Shown here one piece after another: positions 1 to 12,263 of a stretch of 64,000 bases of DNA (positions are counted from its first letter, which is position 1; the number at the start of each line of letters is the position of its first letter). The position numbers were made by a program, and so were the translations under genes. Below the pieces are notes generated by a model. That model searched no databases, was not told the DNA's origin, and worked only from the letters and a program-made list of their open reading frames with translations. This DNA is from Octopus vulgaris (taxonomy: Eukaryota), in assembly GCA_951406725.2 (NCBI GenBank), contig OX597820.1, positions 2,542,001-2,606,000 of the forward strand, given 5' to 3'.

Positions 1-240
1 ACATGGAATTAATATCTGCACACTATCCATTTGAAACAGCAACATATGAACTCCTGATGGAATTTACACCCCATGGACAAGAAGCCTCTTTACCCATTCT
101 ACACTGCATATTCCTTGGATAACAAAACACCAACTTTAACATCCAACATATATTTTCATTTTCCTATTTCCCTTTATACTTTTCGTATCTTTCCCTTTCC
201 CAAATAATTTCTTATATAATGAACTCTACTAATTCCTTCT

Positions 241-297
241 GTTGAAGCTCTGATGATGGAATATCATTTATTTCCCTGAAACAGCTGTAAGACCAAC
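241..297 (+). ncRNA. Hammerhead ribozyme-like motif (type I, Penelope pLTR type), partly degenerate
   Basis: CTGATGA (250-256), stem II ggaata/tatttcc, GAAA (278-281), palindromic stem III ACAGCTGT, GTA triplet (287-289). Stem I is imperfect (gttg..ct / ag..caac). Confidence 0.65.
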
Positions 298-1461
298 TTT
301 CTATTTATAAATGTTCCAGAAATATCACATTGCCTTGGCCTTGTCTCATTTTATTTAACCTATACACGCTCACACATGACCTATCTTAGACTCCTCACTC
401 ATGCTATTATTGAACCAGGAGTTTAACAGTGGTCCTTCTGTAGCACTTACATAGCCTCATCTGCCTTTTGGCTCTTCTGGATACCAAAACCTCTCATACT
501 ATATATATATATATACAAACACACACACAATTTTGACAAATAATGAGAACAGCTATTCGACCCCCACCACCACCACCATATCTGGTGGATAAATATTCTT
601 TCACCATTTAACATCCGCCTTCCATGCTGGCATGTGTGGATTAACAATACTATCATTGGTGTCATGTATAAAGTTTGTATTTATGAAGCACTTTACTAAA
701 GAATGTTAGCAATTGCCTCCATGCCTGTCTGAAGATAGTTAACTGGTTTCATGCTTGAAGGACTTTAACGGTGTATATATATTTAGTATTGGTACATTTA
801 TTGGTTGTTTTTGTATGCATACAGCTGATATTATACTTGCTCCACTCCTGATTGATCAAAACCATTCCGACCATGACCATCTCATCTATTATTGTTGCTT
901 TTTAACATTCATGTATCTTATACTATATTCCCTAATCTGGTGTTAGAGATAATCTTGTGTTTAAACCTTTAGCATTCAGATGACTCTTTCAAACTTAATC
1001 CTTATTGAATTGCATTGTTTTGAACTAATCCTGGATTATCTTCTAGCCTCACGATTTTATTTTCAGAATGACATTGTAGAGTAGGTGTGAAAGGCTAGAT
1101 CTGGCCAGTTTGAACAGAAAACAGGTCAGTTGTTTGGATCTAATACAACCAGTTTAAGTACTAAAATGTTTGATTACCAAATATCTATTCAAAACAGCCA
1201 GATTAAAATTCCAGGCAACAATCAATATTTAATCAGTCAACGAACACTGAGAAAGGCATGAAAAAATTCAATAAATTCTATTGAAAAGAAGGGCAAAACC
1301 CATGTTTGCATGGGGTGTGTCAGTGCAGGATTCAGATTTAGTGAAAAGATTTTAAGTTACACAAGGTTTGGTGGCCCCTTAATAAAAAAAAAAATGGCAC
1401 CAGAATGTTCCAAGAAAGGATAACAATTTTGAGGAACCGGCAGATTATAAAGTGCCTTAAT

Positions 1462-2291
1462 CAGTGGTTCTCAACTAGGGACCGCATAAACAGTAAATTG
1501 GGGATCTACAGTAGTATTTTAAGGATTCATAAAAAAAATTTCATCTCACAGGATATCTTTATTGCAAAAAACGTATTTCTTTTACATAGATTAACCCTTT
1601 TGTTACTGTATTTATTTTGAGATGCTCTGTGTTTTTTTTTTTTTTCAATTGCTTTGCTTTAAACATAACAAAAAATTTAGTAAAATAACTTAGTAATAAT
1701 TAAGCTGGTGTTAGGAACATAAATTGTGACTAAGGTTTGGTGGAAGATTTTAATTCAGAACTTTTGAAAACAAGACATTTGTAATACAGAACCAGAACTG
1801 GTTTCAGCTGGGTTGGTATCGAAAGGGTTAAGAATTGTTTCTCTATTATATATTTTAACCCTTTCATTACAGTATTTATTTTGAGATGCTCTGAGTTTCT
1901 TTCAATTATTTTTAGATATAACAAAGAATTTAGTAAAATAACTTAGTAATAATTAAGCTAGTGTTAGGAACATAAATTGTGACTAAGGTTTGGTGGAAGA
2001 TTTTAATTCAAAACTTACGGAAACAAGACATTTGTAATACAGAACCAGAACTGGTTTCAGCTGGGTTGGTATCAAAAAGGTTAACTTGTTTCCGGCCACT
2101 GAAACGTGTTCTCCCAGAGAGTGCTAATGCCAACCTACGTAAATGAATGGGTGAAAACCAAATAGGAAATTTTGAAAGAAGTCACTGTAAAACTAGTTTC
2201 TAAACACCAAATGGCTCTGGGGCAGTGGGGCCCAGCAGAGTAAAAAAGTACCCAAAGGGGTTCATAAATAAAAACTGGTGGAGAAACACTG
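1462..2291. mobile_element. hAT (Charlie-like) MITE interrupted by two piggyBac-type MITEs
   Basis: Imperfect TIRs cagtggttctcaac ... gtggagaaacactg. No recognisable TSD. Confidence 0.45.
1595..2080 (+). mobile_element. Two adjacent copies of a piggyBac-type MITE (1595-1827 and 1859-2080)
   Basis: TTAA|CCCTTT ... AAAGGG|TTAA ends (second copy ends AAAAGG|TTAA); near-identical interiors. A third copy lies inverted at 18977-19185. Confidence 0.75.
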
Positions 2292-2769
2292 GTACAGATA
2301 ATTTGTTTTATCGTGACTTTTTTGCTTGTACTTCTTCTAGTGGCTGATTGGGAATCACCAACGCTTTTCTTGCCTCTAAAGTTTTTGACATACTTGAGGT
2401 TGAGTCTGGCTGTTTTTCAAAGCTGGCATAAATAGTCAAGGAGTCTCCAAGAATTGCTGCAAAATTAAGAAGTTGTTATCAATAATGCTTCATGTAAATT
2501 GCTAAACAACTCAGTTAAATTCTCATCCATGTGTCACATCACTGCAAAAGTATCTCCTTCCAAGACAATGATGGAGCAACTTCTCTATGGTCACTTGATC
2601 TGCTAGAAGTAGCAGTTAATTCTCTTACATTACACTCTACTGTCAAAGGAAATTAAAAAAAAAAAAAGTACACATTGGTTTATGAATTTACTGAGTACAT
2701 AAAAAGGCCAGAGGGTCATGGGTGGAACCATAGATCTCTTCAAGCAGGGATGATCTGGTTTTAACAAAT

Positions 2770-4355
2770 GCAGCTTAATCTGTTATTTCTCACTGCTTAA
2801 TCTGCTTAATCACACAGCTTAATCTGTTATTTCTCACTGCTTAATCTGCTTAATCACACAGCTTAATCTGTTATTTCTCACTGCTTAATCTGCTTAATCA
2901 CACAGCTTAATCTGTTATGTCTCACTGCTTAATCTGCTTAATCACACAGCTTAATCTGTTATTTCTCACTGCTTAATCTGCTTAATCACACAGCTTAATC
3001 TGTTATGTCTCACTGCTTAATCTGCTTAATCACACAGCTTAATCTGTTATGTTAATCTGCTTAATCACATGCTTAATCTGTTATTCTCACTGCTTTAATC
3101 TTAATCTGCTTAATCTTAATCTGCTTACACACAGCTTAATCTGTTATGTCTCACTGCTTAATCTGCTTAATCACACAGCTTAATCTGTTATGTCTCACTG
3201 CTTAATCTGCTTAATCACACAGCTTAATCTGTTATGTCTCACTGCTTAATCTGCTTAATCACACAGCTTAATCTGTTATGTCTCACTGCTTAATCTGCTT
3301 AATCACACAGCTTAATCTGTTATGTCTCACTGCTTAATCTGCTTAATCACACAGCTTAATCTGTTATGTCTCACTGCTTAATCTGCTTAATCACACAGCT
3401 TAATCTGTTATGTCTCACTGCTTAATCTGCTTAATCACACAGCTTAATCTGTTATGTCTCACTGCTTAATCTGCTTAATCACACAGTTAATCTGTTATGT
3501 CTCACTGCTTAATCTGCTTAATCACACAGCTTAATCTGTTATGTCTCACTGCTTAATCTGCTTAATCACACAGCTTAATCTGTTATGTCTCACTGCTTAA
3601 TCTGCTTAATCACACAGCTTAATCTGTTATGTCTCACTGCTTAATCTGCTTAATCACACAGCTTAATCTGTTATGTCTCACTGCTTAATCTGCTTAATCA
3701 CACAGCTTAATCTGTTATGTCTCACTGCTTAATCTGCTTAATCTGTTACACTGCTTAGCTTAATCTGTTATGTCTCACTGCTTAATCTGCTTAATCACAC
3801 AGCTTAATCTGTTATGTCTCACTGCTTAATCTGCTTAATCACACAGCTTAATCTGTTATGTCTCACTGCTTAATCTGCTTAATCACACAGCTTAATCTGT
3901 TATGTCTCACTGCTTAATCTGCTTAATCACACAGCTTAATCTGTTATGTCTCACTGCTTAATCTGCTTAATCACAATCTGTATGCTTAATCTGTTATCAC
4001 TCACTGCTTAATCTGCTTAATCACACAGCTTAATCTGTTATGTCTCACTGCTTAATCTGCTTAATCACACAGCTTAATCTGTTATGTCTCACTGCTTAAT
4101 CTGCTTAATCACACAGCTTAATCTGTTATGTCTCACTGCTTAATCTGCTTAATCACACAGCTTAATCTGTTATGTCTCACTGCTTAATCTGCTTAATCAC
4201 AAGCTTAATCTGTTATTACTGCTTAATCTGCTTAATCACAAGCTTAATCTGTTATGTCTCACTGCTTAATCTGCTTAATCACACAGCTTAATCTGTTATT
4301 TCTTACTGCTTAATCTGCTTAATCACACAGCTTAATCTGTTATTTCTCACTGCTT
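2770..4355. repeat. Minisatellite, 44-bp unit, about 36 copies
   Basis: Unit gcttaatctgttatgtctcactgcttaatctgcttaatcacaca; period 44 measured directly (3181 to 3225). Three GCTTAATC subrepeats per unit. Confidence 0.95.
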
Positions 4356-4912
4356 GCTGACATTGGCAGGATCATTATGGTGCCAGACGAAATGCTTGGT
4401 AGCATTTCCTCCAGCCTTTTATGTTCTGGTTTCAAATCCTGCTGAGGTCGGATTTGTCTATCATCCTTTCAATAACAAAAGGACCTTGTGCCTAGAGTTG
4501 TTAGTCTAGTCATCTCTTTTACCAAGCAACTGAGTTACAAGGACATAAACAAACCAACATCAGCTACCAAGCAGCAAAGGGACAAATGCATATATATACA
4601 TACATATGCCAGTTCCGCCTGACTGGCTCCCATGCCAGTGGCACATAAAAAGCAGCATCCGAATGTGGCCGATGCCAGTACTTCCTGACTGGCTCCTGTG
4701 CTGGTGGCATGTAAAAAACCCTATCCAAACGTGACAAATGCCAGGGTTGCCTGACTGGCTCCTGTACCAGTGGCATGTAAAAGTACCCACTACACTCTCA
4801 GAGTCAGGCAGCATTGGCATCGGCTACGATTAGATGGTGCTTTTTACATGCCACCAGCATAGAAGCCAATCGGGACTGGGTGGGGGTGGGGGATCTGTAG
4901 AAATATTGGGCA

Positions 4913-4944
4913 TCAAATTGACAAAGAAATCATATCAAAAGACC
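4913..4944 (-). CDS. Tentative terminal exon of the PAN-domain gene (GSFDMISLSI*)
   Basis: tttcag acceptor; phase 1 matches the donor at 7488; short hydrophobic end then TGA. Other candidate acceptors exist, so this is weak. Confidence 0.3.
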
Positions 4945-6164
4945 CTGAAACTCCAGATTATAAAATTCATCAAGAACATTGGTTTCGAAATTCGACACAA
5001 GGCAGACAATTTTGGGGAGGAGATAAGTCAATAACATCAACCCCAGTGCATAACTGGTACTTATTTTATCGACTGTTAAAAGATGAAAGGCAAAGTCAAC
5101 CTCAACAGAACTTGAACTCAGAACACAGACACAGATGAAATACTGCTAAGCATTTTGCGCGGCATGCTAACAATTCTGCTCACACACACACATTTAATCA
5201 TCATTTAACATCTGTTTTCCATGGTAGCAATGGTTGGGTAGTTCACCAGCAGCTGGCAAGGCCGAAGAGCAGCACCAGGCTACATTTGGCTGTTTTGGTG
5301 GTTTCTAAAGCTGGATGCCCTTCATAATGCCAACCACTTTACAGAGTGTGTTGGGTGGTTAAAACTTTAACATATTGCCAGGAATGGAATCATCATCATC
5401 ATTATCATCGTTTATCGTCTGCTTTCCATGCTGGCATGGGTTGGATGGTTTGACTGAGGACTGGCAAGCCAGTAGGCTGCACCAGGCTCCAATCTGATCT
5501 GGCAATGTTTCTACAGCTGGATGCCCTTCCTAATGCCAACCACTCCAAGAGTGTAGTGGGTGCTTTTTATGTGCCACCAGCACAGGTGCCAGTCAGACAG
5601 CACTAGCATTGGCCATGACAACAAATTCACTTGACTCAATTGGTCTTCTCAAGCACCGCATGTTGCCCGATGACCGAAAGGAACTTTTAAATGGGCTGGT
5701 TACGTGACACTGGCATCAGGCACGGCTACGATCTCATTTGGCTTGCTGGGTCTTCTCAAGCACAGCATTTTGTCAAAGGTCTCAGTCGCTTGTCGAAATC
5801 ATTGATATAAGAGCAGAAGAGCAAAGTGTCAAAATTACAATTATCAGGAGATAAAAAACAGCTGAAAAATGTTCTTTAAGGATTTACAATCTCAAAGGAC
5901 CGTAACTAGAATATAGAGACTGTGAACGCAATACGCAAGGGCCGTGGTCTTTCATAAACACCTGCATGTAAAGAGATATGCAAGTACATCCACATGAACA
6001 TGGATACACACACACACGCACACACATACGCACACACACACACGTGCATGTGCACACATACATACACACGCACACACATGCATGCACACACACACACACA
6101 AGCACACACATACATACACACAAACACACATACACACACATGTACACACACACATGCATAAGCG

Positions 6165-6770
6165 AACTTTAGGTCTCACCGAGGAAATGACTAGAGACAG
6201 AGACCTTTGGAAGTATGCTGTGCGTGAGAAGACCTGGCAAGATTAGTGAGACCATCACCCATGGCCTCAGTCCACTTATGCATACCTTTCCTTCTTGGGA
6301 CACAAAACCCCTACTTGTGAAGACCTGTTGAGGCAAGTGAAAATCAAAATCAAAATCGAAATCAATCAACATCAATGGGAATTGTAGCTGTGATACCAGT
6401 GCCAGTGGCACATAAGAGAACCATCCGAATGTGGTTGTTGCCAGTGCCGCCCCGACTTGCCTCCGTGCCAGTGGCACGTAAAAAGCACCATCCGATCGTA
6501 GCTGTTGCCAGCCTCGCCTGGCCTCCGTACCGGTGGCACATAAAAAGCACCATCCGATCGTGGCCGTTTGCCAGCCTCGTCTGGCATGTAAAAAGCACCC
6601 ACTACACTCGTGGAGTGGTTGGCGTTAGGAAGGGCATCCAGCCATAGAAACATTGCCAGATCAGACTGGGCCTGGTGCAGCCTTCTGGCTTTCCAGACCC
6701 CAGTGGAACTGTCCAACCCATGCCAGCATGGAAAGCGGACGCTAAACGATGATGATGATGATGATGATAA
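6165..6770 (+). mobile_element. RTE-like LINE 3' end followed by a SINE/LINE tail with (GAT)n
   Basis: Peptide [22 protein letters not shown], then the ggcgttaggaagggcatccagc...gatgatgat tail that recurs many times in the window. Confidence 0.6.
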
Positions 6771-6863
6771 GCACACACATGCACACACAGACACATGTGC
6801 ATGCACACAAACACACACACACATAAACACACACACACATAAACACACGCACATGCACACACA

Positions 6864-7366
6864 TATGGTACGACCACACTTGGAATTCGCATCATCAGTT
6901 TGGAATCCCTATCTTGCTCAGAACATTGACCTCCTGGAATCTGTCCAGAGACGTGCAACCAAACGCATACCCTCCATCAGACACCTACCATACTCTGAGC
7001 ACCTTGTTTCCCTGGGCATGGATTCACTGAAGCTCCGGCTTCTGGTGATGGACTTGGTAAACACCCACAAAGTTATCAACCACCTCACCACCAACAACAA
7101 CACTGAACACCTTTTTGATCTCCATGTGTCTAACACACATGGACATGCCTACAAAGTCAGAAAACAGCACAGCTCCCATGACTTTCGGAAACATTTCTTC
7201 ACGCTCAGAGTTGCTGAAGCGTGGAATAAACTGCCTGCGTCAGTTGTTGACTGCCATGACACTGCATCCTTTAAGGCCCTCATGCTTTCCGAAATCCGCC
7301 GAAACTACACCTGATTATATATGCACTTTAGATGAGTTGTAGTGCACCTGAGCACTGTACACAATG

Positions 7367-7400
<34 letters not shown>
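6864..7400 (+). mobile_element. 5'-truncated CR1-like LINE (RT C-terminus, 3'UTR, (ATT)n tail)
   Basis: VRPHLEFASSVWNPY..LESVQRRATK..FFTLRVAEAWNKLP are typical of CR1/L2 ORF2 C-termini. Ends in (att)n. Confidence 0.85.
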
Positions 7401-7402
<2 letters not shown>

Positions 7403-7487
7403 AACACATGCACCCACACAAACACACACACACATACATATTTACATTGGTTATTCTTATATAAATGGAGTAAAAGATTGCCATTAC

Positions 7488-7627
7488 CGTCAGAAGAATG
7501 GTTAAACGCTGTTGTGTTTGCAAACTGAATAACTGGTGAAAGTAATTTCAGCTCTTGGTGGACACTTGAAATGGTCATCCAAAACACTTTACCATTTTCT
7601 ATCTTTGTTACAAAAGCAAATGAGTGT
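7488..7627 (-). CDS. PAN-domain secreted protein, coding exon 4 (IHSFAFVTKIENGKVFWMTISS...NHSSD)
   Basis: ttctag acceptor, G|gtaatg donor, 140 nt. Phase 2 entry matches the end of exon 3. Confidence 0.7.
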
Positions 7628-8529
7628 CTAGAATTCAAAGAGAAACGGTTTATAGAAGAGGCAAGCATGAATCACCATCATCATCATCATCATCATCATC
7701 ATCATAATTTAGTATATTTTCCATGCTGGCATGGGTTGGACGGTTTGACAGGAGCTGGCCAAATTCCAATTGTTTATTTTGGCCTGGTTTCTACAGCTGG
7801 ATGCCCTTCCTGATGCCAACCACTTCACAGAGTGTACTGGATGCTTTCTATGTGGCACCAGCATCAGTGCTCTTACATGGCACCAGCACAGGTATTTGTA
7901 TGTGGTACTGTCACAAGCGCCACCTCACAGACCAGCTCGACCCTACTGACATGATCCAGAGACAAACCAGGGCAAGATATTCAGTGCTAATGTGGGTCGC
8001 AGGGTTAAGAATGTGGAACACCATGATTTCAAGCACAAGCAACAGATGTCCAAAATATTCAATGCCAATCCCAGCACATCTAGTTCTATATCAAAGTGAC
8101 TTTCTCCTAGAAACATGTTTTAACAAAGTCTAAGAGGTACCTCACTCCCAGAGATCTTCCAGCACACCAGACTCCAACCTAGAATTCCTGAGGTCCCATA
8201 CTTTTGCTAGACAGTCGTTTGACCTAGGTTCACCCATCCTTTTGACAGGTTTTCTTTTTAGTCCTTCTAGGTTTTCTTGCATAGACCAAGTACCAAGCTT
8301 AAAAACTAAGTACTAGGGTGGATTTGTTTGACTGAAACCTTTCGAGGCAGTGCCCCAGCATGGCCACAGTCTAATGACTGAAACAAGTAAAAGATAAAAG
8401 ATAGTCTCAGTTGGCTACTCTTGAGAATCAGTCCAGAATGTCTAATGACAGTTGCTTCTGATAGGACCCTCTGGGGGAGGGGCCTGAAGATTCTACCCTA
8501 ACAACGCTCCCAATAAATAGAATTATTCT

Positions 8530-8728
8530 TTTACTCTTTTACTTGTTTCAGTCATTTGACATGGCCATGCTGGAGCAGCACCTTAAGTTGAGCAAACTGA
8601 CCCCAGGACTTATTCTTTGCAAGCCTAGTACTTATTCTATCGGTCCCTTATGCTGAACCACTATGTTACGGAGACGTAGACACACCAGCATTGGTTGTCA
8701 AGCGATGGTGGGGGAGGGACAAACACAG

Positions 8729-8763
<35 letters not shown>

Positions 8764-8928
8764 CGTATATATATACAACGGGCTTCTTTCAGTTTCTGTC
8801 TACCAAATCCACTTACAAGGCTTTGGTCAGCCTGAGGCTATAGTAGAAGACACTTACCCAAGGTGCCATGCAGTGGGACTGAACCTGGACCCATGTGGTT
8901 GGTAAGCAAGCTACTTTCCACACAGCCA
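8530..8928 (-). mobile_element. tRNA-derived SINE (abundant family in this window)
   Basis: Reverse complement of tggctgtgtgg..ggttcagtcccactg..ccttgggtaagtgtcttctactatagcc, central microsatellite, tail gactgaaacaagtaaaagag. Confidence 0.8.
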
Positions 8929-8978
8929 CAATAACTTTTTAAAGTTATCTCTGCAGACTTTCTACAAAAATTAGAGCT

Positions 8979-9638
8979 GAGTCTCGGACATTTACTCCCC
9001 AGAGACAATAATCCCTGAGGACAAACCACCCCCTAGGAAAATTACCCCTAAGCACTTAACTCCTGATGTGTACCATATTTTCTGGTGTATAAACCGCTTT
9101 TTTTTACCTGGAAAATTTAGTGTAGAGGCTATTGTGGAGAGGTGCACTTAATAATGTGTGTATTTTTTATAAGTTTCAGGAGGAAAATAATTTGTGTCTG
9201 GAGATTGAATGATTTCACTGATTTTTCCAGAGGAAAAGTTGGTCGGAGAACAACATGAAAGACTACGGCTATAGGACATTGGTGCCAGGAAGAAAACAAA
9301 GCATATTTGTTTTGCCTTCATGTTTTGATAATGTTATTTTTAATCTAATAAAGACTTTTATATTGACGAAGTGTATTTGTTGTTGATTATTTCTAGAAAG
9401 GACTATTTCGATGTTTCAGTCCGTATTAATGCCGTAGTTAGCAATTATGAAAACATGTGATACAATATTTGCAAGGAATTGTGTATAATTTGCACTTTTA
9501 GATGGTGATTTAAAGCTTCTTAATATATTGGAGAAGAGGTAATTAACTAAGCAGGGTGTAATTGTACTACGGGGTAGTTGTCATTGGAGGAATGGTCCTA
9601 GGGGGGTAATTGTCCTAGGGGGGTAATTGTCCTGATAC
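8979..9638. mobile_element. MULE-like MITE with 9-bp TSD, nested in an older fold-back element (about 8940-10000)
   Basis: TSD attagagct/attagagcc. Subterminal GGACAATTACCCC-like repeats are inverted at the two ends. Outer arms 8940-8978 plus 9639-9722 are complementary to about 9888-10000. Confidence 0.55.
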
Positions 9639-10180
9639 ATTAGAGCCAGCAGTGAAAGTCATGATGTTTCATATATGAATACATCTAATGTAAACAATGT
9701 GATCAAAGATAGAAAAAACAGGTAGTGGGTGTACATGCACATTTCAGGAGTTATTGCTGTTTCTTCAGTACCACATCCAACCCATTAATCATCCACGAAC
9801 ACATTGCTTAAATAACAATTAAATTTAATGATATATCTTAAATAAATAGACCAATTTTACATATTAATCAAATTCCTGGCAACTGACACCTATTTTTCTA
9901 TCTTTGGTCACATTGTTTACACAGACATAGTCATATGGGAAACATTATGACTTTCAACGCTGGCCCTAATTTCTATAGAAAATCTGTAGAGATAACACTA
10001 TAAATTTGATTGGATTGCACTGCTAACACAGGCAGGACACAGTATTGACTTATAAGCCTTTAATACACTTGGTAATATATTTTGGTTGCTAAATGAAATA
10101 GTGTCCCTTCCAGCCATTAATAGAATTATAATAAAAAAGAAAAACTTAATTAAGAGACAAAAATTAAGTATGGAACATAC

Positions 10181-10338
10181 ATATTCATAGCAACATGGAG
10201 ATGTGTGGTGTTAGCCTCAAAAGGCCATGGACACTCAAGGATTTTACTGACATCAAACCAGGACTCCTTTGTTGAACCACGTCCATCAAATACTAATGAT
10301 ACAGCCACTTCTGAATCTTTCTTTATAACCAGTTTTAC
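10181..10338 (-). CDS. PAN-domain secreted protein, coding exon 3 (VKLVIKKDSEVAVSLVFDGRGSTKESWFDVSKILECPWP...)
   Basis: tttttcag acceptor, AT|gtatgt donor, 158 nt, phase 0 to 2. Confidence 0.8.
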
Positions 10339-10385
10339 CTGAAAAATGTGGTAAATAGAAAAACAAATACAATTTACAATATTCA

Positions 10386-11622
10386 CAGGGGTTGGACAAA
10401 ATAATAGAAACACCTTAAAATTTCAAGCAAATTTATTTTAATCTGGGGCAGGACTGTCTTTGGCAGTAATTACAGCTTCAATTCTACAAGGTATGAACTT
10501 GTACAAAGTTTGGATTATTTTCAAAGGAATTTTTGTCCATTCCCCAGCTAGAGCAGTCTCCAGATCTTGTAGTGATGATGGTGGAGGATATCAACTCCTG
10601 ACTTGTTTTTCTAAAATGCACCATAAATGTTCAATAATATTGAGATCTGGGGACTGTGCTGGCCAGATAAGATGTTCAACTTCACTAGAATGTTCCTCAT
10701 GCCATTCAGTAACAACTTTAGCTGTGTGAATTGGTGCATTATTATCCTGAAAGATTGCATTTTCCTCCAGAAATAGTTCTGCAAGCATAGGATGAATTTG
10801 ATCAAATAAAATGCTTGAATAGTCTTGACTATTAATTCTGCCATGAAGGGAAACCATTGGGCCTGCGGATTTCCAAGATATAGCCCTCCAGACCATCACA
10901 GTTCCTCCTCCATATTTAACAGTTGGGAGAAGGCAGTCTAGGTCAAATGCTTCTTTTGGCTGATGGTTTGAAATAAGGTAAAGGATGACTTGTCTGAGAA
11001 ATTAACATTCTTCCACTGCTGCAGGGACCAATTCTATAGGATTTTACTCCAATGTAAACGCTTTGCACTGTTTGTGTTTGAAAGTAGTGGTTTTCTGATT
11101 GCAGCCTTCCCATGAAATCTGGCTTTGTGCAGCTCATCTTCATCATCATCTTCATCATCATCATCATCTTCATCATCATCATCTTCATCATCATCTTCAT
11201 CATCATCATCCTCGTTTAACATCCGTTTTCCGTGCTAGCATGTGTTCCAGCAAACAATTTTTGGAGAAACTAGGTACTCGAGGTGGTCATTAAGCTCTGC
11301 AGTAATTTGGGGAGCTGTACTTCTGTGATCTTTTCTCACAATTCGCATAAGACTCCATCGGTCCCTATCTGAAAGTTTTGGTTTTCTTCTAGAGTTTTGT
11401 TTCGACAAGGAGGTTTTTCCCTCTTTCTCAAAGGCTGTCATTACTTTCAAGACAGTACTTCTTGATACACCAAACATTTCAGTTGTTTCCGTTACGCTAG
11501 CACCTGCCATACGAGCACAAATCAAAAAACATAAAAATAAACAAGCTTTTGATGGTTTTATAGATATTTCAAAATTATGATGCTCTGATGCTTGGTGTTT
11601 CCATTATTTTGTCCAACCCCTG
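10386..11622 (-). mobile_element. Tc1 (DD34E-type) transposon with decayed transposase
   Basis: TIRs of about 29 bp (caggggttggacaaaataat[a/g]gaaacacc); TA at the right end. Motifs GASVTETTEMFGVSRSTV (HTH), IFQDNNAPIH and WPAQSPDLNIIEHLW. Frameshifts, and a (TCA)n/SINE-tail insertion at about 11134-11243. Confidence 0.92.
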
Positions 11623-11629
11623 TATAAGC

Positions 11630-12105
11630 ACAGGTGTGGTTGGGTGGTAAGAAGTTTGGTTCCCAACCATATGGTCCCCAGTTCAGTCCCTCTGCATGGC
11701 ATCTTGAGCGAGTATCTTTTACTATAGCCTCAGGCTTACCAAAGCCTGGTGAGTGGATTTGGTAGACAGAAACTGTAAAAAGCTCATCATATGTGTGTGT
11801 GTGTGTGCGTATGTGCGTGTGTGTGTGTATGTGTGTGTGTGTGTATGTGTGTGTGCGTGTGTGTGCATGTGCTTGTGTGTTTGCGTGTGTGTGTGCATGT
11901 GTCTTTGAGTTTGTTTTTGTCCCCCACAACCACTTGACAAGCGGTGTTGGTGTGGTTATATCCCCATGACTTAGCAGCTCAGCAAAACAGACTGATAGAA
12001 TAAGCACCCAGCTTAGAGTACTGGGGTCAATTCATTTGACTGAAAATTCTTCAAGCCAGTGCCCCAGCATGGCCACAGTCTAATGGCTAAATCAAGTAAA
12101 AGATA
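11630..12105 (+). mobile_element. tRNA-derived SINE with internal (GT)n
   Basis: Same family as 8530-8928, opposite strand. Confidence 0.8.
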
Positions 12106-12263
12106 AAGGATTAAAGATACACAGGGAAAACTTTATTTAACAGAAAGTAAGAATAAAGGACAAAAACAGGTCTGCAGCAGTTTGTATGGTGAGAATTTGG
12201 AAAGTCTGAGAGACGTGAAATTAGACATTTTTAATTGTGGAACTTGAAGATAAAAAAAAGATT

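Noticed and set aside
2770-4355. CRISPR-like appearance of the 44-bp array
   Set aside because: There are no unique spacers and no cas genes, and the context is eukaryotic. It is a pure tandem repeat.
5785-5861. Alternative last exon for the PAN gene encoding a hydrophobic, TM-like stretch
   Set aside because: It is in phase with a tttttcag acceptor but runs into repeat sequence, and T-rich DNA gives hydrophobic translations by chance. It cannot be chosen over 4913-4944 without RNA data.
5884-6179. Cys/Val/His/Thr-rich ORFs
   Set aside because: These are translations of (CA)n/(GT)n microsatellites.
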